From contig CAZHCL010000004.1 in NCBI GenBank assembly GCA_964530955.1, positions 1-55,264 of the forward strand: a stretch of 55,264 bases of DNA, in the 5' to 3' direction. Position numbers and translations under genes: made by a program. How positions within the stretch are numbered: the stretch's first letter is position 1; every line of letters starts with the position of its first letter. Under the pieces are notes generated by a model. The model saw nothing but the letters and a program-made list of their open reading frames with translations, was not told the origin of the DNA and ran no database searches. This DNA comes from Candidatus Woesearchaeota archaeon. Its GTDB lineage: Archaea > Nanobdellota > Nanobdellia > Pacearchaeales > GW2011-AR1. Below, one piece after another: positions 36,381 through 45,066 of the stretch.

Positions 36381-37769
36381 ATGGTTAAAATACCAAATCT
36401 AGTAAGGAAAGAAATTGGATGGGTTGATGAGGACTTTTCTATTCATGAGTCAATAAACGGTTTAGCACCCCCAGAAACACGCAGAAGACAGGGATATAAT
36501 AATAAATTTAATAGTCAAGTTTTTGGAGGGAGATATTCATATAATGATGCAATTTATAGACAGAATTTCCTTTCAGATTGGTTAGATCGTGAAGTAAGAC
36601 CTAAGTTAAACAGACTATTCTATGGCATTCCAGGAGAGAGAATATATTCAGTATCCTACGAAGAAGACTTTGATGGATTTAATGACCAAGCAGAAGAAAG
36701 AGCGTTAAGACAGATAGGATTGGTAGAGAGAAGAATATTGCTACCAAAAACTCTGGAAGAAGCAGCAGAATTACCTGGTGCTTCAAGTGCGGTTAGAGAA
36801 TTAAGGAAATTTGCAGACCAGACAAGAAGAGAGCTGAATCATTTTGTAAGGATTACTACTCCTTTTTTAAAAGATCCAAGATTTACTAATTCAGAAAGCA
36901 TTGAAGAAAAAGTTAGGTGGGCAAATGATGTTCTTGAGGCGACAAGATACATGGATCCCTTGTTTGAAGAAATAATTGATTTAAAGAGAGAGCTTCGTCA
37001 TTTTATAGACCTGGCAGAGCCATATGAAGTAGAATTTCAAGGAAAAAGAGTTCCTTCCTGCAAACCTGAATTGCTAGAGCCAGAAAGAAGAGAGGGAAAA
37101 ATAATCAATGCCTATAATCCTACTTATTTTAAATGGAGAATTACAAAAGAAGGCAGAAGAAGAAAAGTAGAAATCAAAAAGTTAAATATTCCAAATGATA
37201 TATTTTGGGGTTCAGAAGCGAGAGGGACTTATATTCATGGACCTAATAGCATGGGCAAATCAGTTTACATAAGTACTGCAGCGTTAAATATCCATTTAGC
37301 AATGAACGGCGCATATTGTTTTGCAGATTCTGCAAGACTTTCCTTACCAAGACAACTATTTCCTTGCCTAGATTTAGGCTCTTCCCTAAATGAAGGTCAT
37401 TTCGGAAATGGAGGGGAAAGAGTAAGATATATGCTAAAGAGAGTAAAAGAAGAAGATATAATATTTATGGATGAAGTGGGCTCTGGAACTGAGCCTGAAG
37501 CAGAGAGGGAAGTGGCGAAAGGTCTTAGTGATTCATTATTAGCACATGGTCTAACATTTTTTTCAGTAACACATGATAAAGGTTCTTGGTTACATAATAA
37601 AAATAAAAAAGGAGTAAGAATATTGAGAGTTGCAGATTACAATGATTGGAGAAAAAAGTTTAAGGTTTGGGAAGGAATTGCTCCCAACGGATATGGGTTA
37701 GAAAAAGCAAAAAGATTAGGAATAGACCCAGAATCTGTAAGGAGAACATTAGATAAGAGGCTCAATTAA
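36381..37769 (+). CDS. MutS-related ATPase (domain V) with an unrecognised N-terminus
   Basis: HGPNSMGKS (Walker A), IFMDEVGSGTEP (Walker B), FFSVTHD, GIAPNGYGLEKA..LG. Confidence 0.8.
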   Translation: MVKIPNLVRKEIGWVDEDFSIHESINGLAPPETRRRQGYNNKFNSQVFGGRYSYNDAIYRQNFLSDWLDREVRPKLNRLFYGIPGERIYSVSYEEDFDGFNDQAEERALRQIGLVERRILLPKTLEEAAELPGASSAVRELRKFADQTRRELNHFVRITTPFLKDPRFTNSESIEEKVRWANDVLEATRYMDPLFEEIIDLKRELRHFIDLAEPYEVEFQGKRVPSCKPELLEPERREGKIINAYNPTYFKWRITKEGRRRKVEIKKLNIPNDIFWGSEARGTYIHGPNSMGKSVYISTAALNIHLAMNGAYCFADSARLSLPRQLFPCLDLGSSLNEGHFGNGGERVRYMLKRVKEEDIIFMDEVGSGTEPEAEREVAKGLSDSLLAHGLTFFSVTHDKGSWLHNKNKKGVRILRVADYNDWRKKFKVWEGIAPNGYGLEKAKRLGIDPESVRRTLDKRLN

Positions 37770-37774
37770 ACAAT

Positions 37775-38095
37775 ATGTATTGGAACAACCACAGAAAGAA
37801 AGCTGTTGAACATGCGAGACAAACTCTTGAGTTCTTTTTTGATATTCGCCCTACGATGAGCGAGAGAATGTTCCTTAAAAGATACGTTCTAGAAGTAATA
37901 GATGACATCGAACTAATATCTACTCGAGAACAAAGCAGATCAGATTATCCTGACCCAATTTTAGCAGGAGTAGGAAAATTTCTTATGATTCATTACGATT
38001 TTAGAGATATACATAAAATCTCGAGTATTTGTTACGGAGAGACTGATAACTCAGTTTCACGATTATTAATCGAAAAATCTAGAAAAACAAATTAA
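37775..38095 (+). CDS. Hypothetical protein
   Basis: Intact ORF 5 nt after the MutS-like gene. Confidence 0.55.
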   Translation: MYWNNHRKKAVEHARQTLEFFFDIRPTMSERMFLKRYVLEVIDDIELISTREQSRSDYPDPILAGVGKFLMIHYDFRDIHKISSICYGETDNSVSRLLIEKSRKTN

Positions 38096-38140
38096 ATATA
38101 ACATTCTAAAATAAAATTCAATAATTAAGAAAAAACAAAA

Positions 38141-38218
38141 CTATTTCTTCTTTCTGCTCTGAATCTTCTTTACTCTTTTTCTGCGGTTTACTCGCAGAGC
38201 TCTTCTTCTTGTTGGCAT
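38141..38218 (-). CDS. 25-aa Arg/Lys-rich micropeptide, not in the ORF track
   Basis: MPTRRRALRVNRRKRVKKIQSRKKK*; 14 of 25 residues basic; TTTAAGTA about 25 nt upstream. Confidence 0.55.
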   Translation of the reverse strand: MPTRRRALRVNRRKRVKKIQSRKKK

Positions 38219-38321
38219 CTTCTAATAAGAACGCTGAACTACTTAAATGCATCGGAAATTTTCTGGATGGTTGAAAAATAAAAAAGGCTAAGCTTTTAAT
38301 GCCTATTTGCCATAGATTGAT

Positions 38322-39449
38322 ATGGTATTCAAAATAATTGCAAAAGATAAGAAGACAAAAGCCCGTTCTGGGATTTTAAAAACAAAATCGGGAGAAATAG
38401 AAACTCCATTTTTCATGCCTGTGGCAACAAAAACTGCTGTAAAAAATATTTCTGTTGAAGATATTAAGTCAATGGGAGCAAAAGCAATAATATCCAATGC
38501 ATTTATTCTTTCTCTCAGACCTGGAATGGAGGTAATAAAAAAGTTTGGAGGAATAAAAAAATTCATGAGCTACAAAGGAATTAACTTTACTGATTCAGGA
38601 GGATTTCAGATGTATACTCCAAGTCTATACATAGGCTCTAATGACAAGGGAGTTTTCTTCAGAGACCCTTTTGCAGGCAAGAAACTGTTTGTAACGCCTG
38701 AAAAAGATATGGAAATACAATTAGATATAGACAGCGATGTTGCAATGTGTCTTGATAGCATGCCTCTTATAGAACATTCAAAAGAAGCAATTGCCGAAGC
38801 AATACGAAAAACTTCTCTCTGGGCAAAACTCTGCAAAACACATCATGATTCTCTTCAGAAAAAAGTTAAGAAAGAAAAGAGACAGCTTTTATTTGGAATA
38901 ACTCAAGGAGGAGTTCATTCCGACCTAAGAAAAAAATCATCTCAAGAACTTCTAAAAATGGATTTTGACGGATACTCTATTGGAGGTCTTGCCCTTGGAG
39001 AGCCTAAGAAAGAAGAGTATAAGATGATTGAAGTTGTGAAATCAATAATTCCTGAATCAAAACCAATTTATTTAATGGGAGCAGGAGACCCTGTAGAACT
39101 TCTTGAATCAATAGCAAGAGGAGTAGATATGTTTGACTCTCGTTTTCCAACAAAAAATGCAAGAAGAGGAGCAATATTCACATCAAAAGGAAGATTAAGA
39201 CTTATGAGAGCAAAGCACAAGTATGATAAAAAACCTCTTGATGAAAATTGTGATTGTTTTGTATGCAAAGATTACTCTCGCGCATATATAAGGCATCTTC
39301 TCGTTAATAAAGAAGGAGTTGGTTATAAACTTGCAAGCTACCATAACCTTTATTTTCTGCAGTCTTTGATGAGAAAATCAAGGGAAGAAATAAAAAAAGG
39401 AAAATTCAGCTCTTTCCTTGCAAAGTTCAGAAAGAATTACAAGGAATAA
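38322..39449 (+). CDS. tgt: Bacterial-type tRNA-guanine transglycosylase
   Basis: ETPFFMPVAT, TDSGGFQ, FGITQGG, GGLALGE, YLMG, DMFDS, CDCFVC...HN Zn site; no PUA extension. Confidence 0.9.
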   Translation: MVFKIIAKDKKTKARSGILKTKSGEIETPFFMPVATKTAVKNISVEDIKSMGAKAIISNAFILSLRPGMEVIKKFGGIKKFMSYKGINFTDSGGFQMYTPSLYIGSNDKGVFFRDPFAGKKLFVTPEKDMEIQLDIDSDVAMCLDSMPLIEHSKEAIAEAIRKTSLWAKLCKTHHDSLQKKVKKEKRQLLFGITQGGVHSDLRKKSSQELLKMDFDGYSIGGLALGEPKKEEYKMIEVVKSIIPESKPIYLMGAGDPVELLESIARGVDMFDSRFPTKNARRGAIFTSKGRLRLMRAKHKYDKKPLDENCDCFVCKDYSRAYIRHLLVNKEGVGYKLASYHNLYFLQSLMRKSREEIKKGKFSSFLAKFRKNYKE

Positions 39450-39493
39450 ACAACTATCACAAGACTTATAAATGATATTTCTTTATTTGCTTT

Positions 39494-40441
39494 ATGAAAA
39501 AGGGAATTGGGATGATATTTTTGTCTTTTGCAATCCTAGGCTTGTTGTTAATAGGAGTCGCAAGCGCAGATAACATTTATTTAAATGAAAATACTAGTTA
39601 TTCAAATGTTGGACTTTCTGTAAACCCTCAGTTTGCTGTCCAAGTACTAAAATATGAACCCTATCCAGTAAGTCCTGGAGAATCATTTGACCTATGGGTT
39701 AAAGTTCAGAACATAGGACAGAATGATGCCCAAAATGCGAGATTTTCTCTGGGATTAGATTATCCTTTCTCTTCAAATGATTCTCTGGATCAGAGCTATG
39801 GAACAATATTTGGTACACTAAATGCAAATAGCAATAAAAAGCCAGGAGAGACAGATATTCAAGCAAATCAAGTAGTTTTGAAGTATCACATAAATGTCGA
39901 TGATAATGCAAATCCTGGAATAAATAATATTAAGCTTAGTGCTTATACAAGCCAATCTGATAGTGGGATAACCTTCAATCTTCCAATAACAGTCGACAAG
40001 ACAAAGACTGATTTTGATGTTGAATTGCAAAAAGCAGGCTCAGACGGATATTCGTTTTTAGTCTCAAACACAGGACAGAAAGACGCAAATTCCCTCAGCG
40101 TATCAATTGAACCTCAAAGCGGATTAACTTTAACAGGTGATAGAATATTTGTTATAGGAAATTTAAATGCAGGAGATTTCACAAAGTTCAATGCGCCTCT
40201 TTCAATATCAAATAATGTAAGCAACTTACAGTTCAAAATAGACTATACAGATTCATCGGGGGCAAGAAGAAGTATTGAAAGAATAGTTTCAGTTCAGGGA
40301 ATATCTCCCGTAACTTCAGCGAGTGTTGAAGTTGGAAATGGTTATGTTAAATGGATATATGCATTCGTAGGATTTATAATAGGAATAATCGCAATGGCAA
40401 TAGTAAAGAGAAAACAAGTCAGTAATTTAAATAAAAAATAA
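39494..40441 (+). CDS. COG1361 S-layer-domain protein with C-terminal TM
   Basis: Signal peptide; YEPYPVSPGESFDLWVKVQNIG; N.G...A ... IGNLNAGD Ig-like repeats. Confidence 0.8.
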   Translation: MKKGIGMIFLSFAILGLLLIGVASADNIYLNENTSYSNVGLSVNPQFAVQVLKYEPYPVSPGESFDLWVKVQNIGQNDAQNARFSLGLDYPFSSNDSLDQSYGTIFGTLNANSNKKPGETDIQANQVVLKYHINVDDNANPGINNIKLSAYTSQSDSGITFNLPITVDKTKTDFDVELQKAGSDGYSFLVSNTGQKDANSLSVSIEPQSGLTLTGDRIFVIGNLNAGDFTKFNAPLSISNNVSNLQFKIDYTDSSGARRSIERIVSVQGISPVTSASVEVGNGYVKWIYAFVGFIIGIIAMAIVKRKQVSNLNKK

Positions 40442-40453
40442 ATCTTATTTTCA

Positions 40454-41125
40454 ATGGAAAAGAAAAATAACTCACATCATGAGCAAAGAGAAAAGAATAC
40501 TAATAAGATAAAATCTTTTGTTAATCACCATTATTTTCTTCTCGCAGTAATAATTATAGGAGTTACTGCACTTATAGGGATAATTATTTTTATCAGCATA
40601 ACTTCTTCCAGAATTTCAATAGATAAGGCAGAAATATATGCTCCGATAATAACCCTAAGCTCATCTTCTCCAGGGACATTGGATAGAGTATTTGTAAAAG
40701 AAGGAGATTCAGTTGCTGAAAATATAGTTGTTGCTGAAGTTTCTGGTGCTCCTATAAAGACTGAAACTTCTGGTCTTGTAACATTTGTTCAAAATACTCC
40801 TGGACAGCTTGTTTCAAGCTTAACACCTATAGTTCAGATGGTTGATCCCCAAGAATATAGATTGATAGGCCATATCGATGAAGACAAAGGATTAAGTGAT
40901 ATAAAAGTAGGGCAGAATGTAATATTCACCATGGATGCTTTTGGTTCAAAGCAATATTCTGGTACAGTTGAATCAATAAACCCTAGTGCAAGGCAGTCAG
41001 ATATTGTTTTCAGTATATCTGACAAGAGAGAGGAAAGGCAATTCGATATCTATGTTAAATTTGATGTTACAAAATATCCTGAATTAAAGAACGGAATGTC
41101 TGCAAGGATGTGGGTTTACAAATAA
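40454..41125 (+). CDS. HlyD/EmrA-like membrane fusion (adaptor) protein
   Basis: N-terminal TM; GTLDRVFVKEGDSV (lipoyl), IKTETSGLV...PGQLV, IKVGQ.V.FT.DAF..Y.GTVESI, KNGMSA. Confidence 0.85.
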   Translation: MEKKNNSHHEQREKNTNKIKSFVNHHYFLLAVIIIGVTALIGIIIFISITSSRISIDKAEIYAPIITLSSSSPGTLDRVFVKEGDSVAENIVVAEVSGAPIKTETSGLVTFVQNTPGQLVSSLTPIVQMVDPQEYRLIGHIDEDKGLSDIKVGQNVIFTMDAFGSKQYSGTVESINPSARQSDIVFSISDKREERQFDIYVKFDVTKYPELKNGMSARMWVYK

Positions 41126-41137
41126 GCCTTTCATCCA

Positions 41138-42619
41138 ATGGACGAGTCAAAGCTTAAATGGTGGGTTCTTGCCACAGTAATGATTGGCACCTTTCTGGGA
41201 AGGATAGACCAGACTATAGTCAATCTTGCAATACCAAATATAATAAATGATTTCTCAATTACTGTCCAGTCAGCCGGCTGGATTGCAACTGCATATATAA
41301 TTGCAAACGCAGTCTTCGTTCCTATTTGGGGAAAATTAGGAGATACTAAAGGAAGAAAAAAAGTATATCTCTGGGGATTTATTATTTTCATTATAGGTTC
41401 CGTTTTAGCTGGCCTTTCCTGGAATCTGAATTCAATGATAGTTTTCAGAATAATCCAGGCAATTGCAAGCTCGGCAGATTATCCTACTGCAATGGCAATT
41501 CTTACGGTTACATTTATAGAAGCAAAAGAAAAAGCCCAGGCATTAGGAATATGGTCTGCCTCTTTCGCAGCAGCTTCAGTATTTGGCCCTCTTATAGGTG
41601 GTCCATTAATAGATGCTTTTGGGTGGAGATCTGTTTTTCTTATAAATCTTCCAATAGGTATTCTTGGAATTTTAATGGCCTATGTCTTTATCCATGAGTC
41701 TACCTCAGAAAGAAAGACTGTTGAGTTTGACTGGCAGGGTTCATTAGTTCTTGGAATTTCACTTTCAGCTCTCGTCCTTGTCCTAGATAAAGGAAGCGAC
41801 TGGGGATGGTTATCCTATGCTAGTATAGTAACCTATTTGCTTGCAATAGTTTCATCTATAGCATTCTATTTTATTGAGAAGAACCATAAAGAGCCAATAG
41901 TAGATTTCAAGTTCTTCAAAAACAGAATATTTGTAACAACTTTAATAAATAACTTCATAGTATTCATGGGATTAATGGGTTCTGTATTCCTTATCCCTGT
42001 GTTTGCACAAACATTTATGGGTTATACATCAAGAGAAGCAGGATATCTATTTATTCCAATGGCAGTAGCATTTATGGTGGGCGCTCCAATAGGAGGAAAG
42101 CTTATAGGAAAAGTAAAGCCAAAGTATGTTATTGCTATTAGCACTTTAATAGGCGGAATAGGAATTTTCATATTCTCCTTCCTTGATCCAAGGTCAACAG
42201 CCTTAGATGTAATTATCCCATTAACAATAATGGCTCTAGGAATGGGCTTTGGAATGGCACAAAGAACAAGTCTTATCGCCTTTGCAGTTCCCGAACATGA
42301 AGTAGGAATAGCCTCTTCAATTCTTGCCCTAGCGAGAAATATAGCAGGAGCATTTGGAATAGCCATTTTCGCAACAATATTGAGTAATTCAATAGAAAAT
42401 CATGTCCTCAGTCTTGCTCAAAATACAGTAGTCCATTCAACAGACCATTCAGTTTATCAAAAAGTTGTAGGATTAATAATCCTAAAAGCTCAAATATTAG
42501 GTTATGCAGAAGTATTTTACGTGGCAGCTTTTGTTCTCGTTGTTGGTGCAATTGCAGCTCTTTTCATAAATGCACAGACAAAGCAGGAAGAAAGAAGAGA
42601 AGAATTAATGATTGAATAA
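41138..42619 (+). CDS. DHA2-family (EmrB/QacA) MFS efflux transporter
   Basis: IDQTIVNLAIP, WIATAY, GKLGDTKGRKK, FRIIQA, GPLIGG, WRSVFLINLPIG; about 14 TM. Confidence 0.9.
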   Translation: MDESKLKWWVLATVMIGTFLGRIDQTIVNLAIPNIINDFSITVQSAGWIATAYIIANAVFVPIWGKLGDTKGRKKVYLWGFIIFIIGSVLAGLSWNLNSMIVFRIIQAIASSADYPTAMAILTVTFIEAKEKAQALGIWSASFAAASVFGPLIGGPLIDAFGWRSVFLINLPIGILGILMAYVFIHESTSERKTVEFDWQGSLVLGISLSALVLVLDKGSDWGWLSYASIVTYLLAIVSSIAFYFIEKNHKEPIVDFKFFKNRIFVTTLINNFIVFMGLMGSVFLIPVFAQTFMGYTSREAGYLFIPMAVAFMVGAPIGGKLIGKVKPKYVIAISTLIGGIGIFIFSFLDPRSTALDVIIPLTIMALGMGFGMAQRTSLIAFAVPEHEVGIASSILALARNIAGAFGIAIFATILSNSIENHVLSLAQNTVVHSTDHSVYQKVVGLIILKAQILGYAEVFYVAAFVLVVGAIAALFINAQTKQEERREELMIE

Positions 42620-42632
42620 TAATTCAATTATT

Positions 42633-43820
42633 TTATCTACTATTTTTTAGAGCCTCAAGTCCAGGCAGTTTCTCTCCTGAAATATAAGCAATTAAAGCTC
42701 CTCCAGAAAGACTTATGTGAGAAAAATTATCAGGTATCTTATATTTTGAGATTGTTGTAGTCAAATGTCCTCCACCTAAAAGAGAGAATATTTTTCTCTT
42801 TCTGGATAAATTTGATATTTCATTAAGAATTGCAATAGTTGCATAACTTGCCATAGGCATCTCTGAGAATCCCAAAGGTCCTTTCATAAATATTGCTCTG
42901 CTGTGCATCAAGTTTTTTCTGAAAATCTTTACAGTTTCATGCCCAACATCATATATTTTATTTCTGAAAGGTGCTTTTTCAACAGAAAACTCTTTTCTTC
43001 CATTGATATCAAATGCAAAATCAACAGGTAAAATAATTTGCTTTGCATACTTTTTACAGACTTGTTTAAGTCGAGGTATTAATTTAAGATATCCATTTTC
43101 TCTCAACCAGTTATTCTCATATCCTAAATTATATCCTTTTGCAACAAGAAGTAAGTTTGCAAGAACACCTGAAGCAAGTAACTTATTCTTCCTATTCTTG
43201 AGCTTGTTGAAAATAGCGAAGTAATCTTCTATTTTATTTCCCCCTATCAGATAAACGCATGTTTTATTTTTTATTTCAAAATTCTTAAGAGCAGAAAGCT
43301 CTTTTTCAACTCCAAACCCAATATATCCTAGCAAATATCTAGGAGGAATGATTATGCTTCCCTGCTTTCTGTGACAGGCTGAAAAAGCATCATTCACATA
43401 AATATCAAATTCTTTGCAAAAAGCAATATATCTATTTTCCTTTTTACTTATATTAATTTCATCTTCATATTCTCTTACATTTTTAAGAATAATCGCTTCC
43501 CCAGAATCCAACTTTCTAATTTTATTCAGCGCAAGACTTCCGAACAAGTCATCAACATAATTTATTTCTCTACCAACATATTTAGAAATAATTTTGGCAT
43601 GTTGTTTTAAAGAAAGAAAATCTTTATCACCTTTCCTTCCCTGATGTGCAATAATAACCAATCTTGCCTTATTTTTTAGAAGATATTTAATAGTTTCAGC
43701 ACTTTCTCTGAATCTCGGAGAGTCGAGAACTTTTCCGTTTGCAATAGGAGAGTTAATATCGATTCTCAAGAGAACTTTTTTATTTCCTATATCTGCCTCT
43801 TTTATGCTTTTTAGTTTCAT
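42633..43820 (-). CDS. pgk: Phosphoglycerate kinase (archaeal type)
   Basis: RIDINSP, AHQGR, LKNVR, YVNDAFSACHR, IGGNK, LGGGH, SLSGGA. Confidence 0.92.
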   Translation of the reverse strand: MKLKSIKEADIGNKKVLLRIDINSPIANGKVLDSPRFRESAETIKYLLKNKARLVIIAHQGRKGDKDFLSLKQHAKIISKYVGREINYVDDLFGSLALNKIRKLDSGEAIILKNVREYEDEINISKKENRYIAFCKEFDIYVNDAFSACHRKQGSIIIPPRYLLGYIGFGVEKELSALKNFEIKNKTCVYLIGGNKIEDYFAIFNKLKNRKNKLLASGVLANLLLVAKGYNLGYENNWLRENGYLKLIPRLKQVCKKYAKQIILPVDFAFDINGRKEFSVEKAPFRNKIYDVGHETVKIFRKNLMHSRAIFMKGPLGFSEMPMASYATIAILNEISNLSRKRKIFSLLGGGHLTTTISKYKIPDNFSHISLSGGALIAYISGEKLPGLEALKNSR

Positions 43821-43834
43821 AATCTATGATAATT

Positions 43835-44899
43835 TTATCCCTTATTAAGAATCATTCTCGCGACATCCGCAAGGCGGTTTGAATATCCCCACTCATTATC
43901 ATACCATCCAGCTATACTAACAAGGCTTCCATTAACACTTGTCAACCCAGAATCAATTATACATGAAGAGGGATTATGAATTATATCGGAAGAAACGATA
44001 GGATCATCAGTGTAGCTCAATATGTCTTTGTATTCCGTAACAGATTTTTTCTTTAATAAGTTATTAACGTCTTTTGCAGAGGCTGGAGGATAGTCCAACA
44101 AAGCAATCACACTTGAAATTGAGCCGTCAATCACTGGAACTCTTAATGCATATCCATCAATCTTATCTTTCAAATCAGGAATTGCCTCAACAACAGAAAT
44201 AGCTGCCCCTGAAGTAGAAGGAACTATATCTTCTGCAGCAGCTCTTCCCCTGCGAAGATCTTTTCTATCAACTCCATCAATCAATCTTTGAGTTGAAGTA
44301 TAGGCATGAGTTGTTACAAAGTAAGCATTCTTTATTCTAAATGAGTCATGTAATATTTTTAACATTGGAGCAACGCAATTAGTAGTGCAGCTTCCTGCAG
44401 AAATTATTTTATGATTTGAAGAAAGCATGTTATGATTAACTCCAGGAATAACTGTTATGTCATGGTCTTTTGCAGGAGCAGATATAAGAACTTTTTTGGC
44501 TCCTGCATGAATATGTTTCATCGCCTCTTCTCTTGAAGTGAACATTCCAGTGCATTCAACAACCAAATCTATCTTTTCAGCTTTCCAAGGAAGTTTCTCA
44601 GGCAAAAGCTCGCGATAAACTTTTATCTTTCTGTTTCCAAAAATAAGATTTTTCCCATCATGAGAAATATTTTCAGTAGGAACAGGATGAACCGAATCAT
44701 ACTTCAAAGAGTAAACAATGAAATCAAGGTCTGAAGTGTTGTTTATAACAAACTCCCAAGGCACATTTTTCTCCATGCAAGCCAAAAAGAATTGTTTACC
44801 TATACGACCGAAGCCATTTATAGCTACTTTGAAAGAATCTTCTCTCAAGGATTTTCTAGAGACCTTATGAGTCTTGACCGCTTTTTTCATTCTGACCAT
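43835..44899 (-). CDS. gap: Glyceraldehyde-3-phosphate dehydrogenase, class I (bacterial type)
   Basis: AINGFGRIG, VVECTG, SCTTNC, HAYT..Q, RRGRAAA, RVPV, WYDNEWGYS.R. Confidence 0.93.
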   Translation of the reverse strand: MVRMKKAVKTHKVSRKSLREDSFKVAINGFGRIGKQFFLACMEKNVPWEFVINNTSDLDFIVYSLKYDSVHPVPTENISHDGKNLIFGNRKIKVYRELLPEKLPWKAEKIDLVVECTGMFTSREEAMKHIHAGAKKVLISAPAKDHDITVIPGVNHNMLSSNHKIISAGSCTTNCVAPMLKILHDSFRIKNAYFVTTHAYTSTQRLIDGVDRKDLRRGRAAAEDIVPSTSGAAISVVEAIPDLKDKIDGYALRVPVIDGSISSVIALLDYPPASAKDVNNLLKKKSVTEYKDILSYTDDPIVSSDIIHNPSSCIIDSGLTSVNGSLVSIAGWYDNEWGYSNRLADVARMILNKG

Positions 44900-45066
44900 T
44901 TTAAGAATTAATATCTATATAAACTTTTGTCAAAATATAGATATTTTTAATATTAAACGAACTTTTGATTAACTAACTATATTCATATTATATTAGATTA
45001 AATTACCACTATCTTTCAATAAATATTTAACCCAAATGTTTAAAATAATAAACAATATAATTATTC

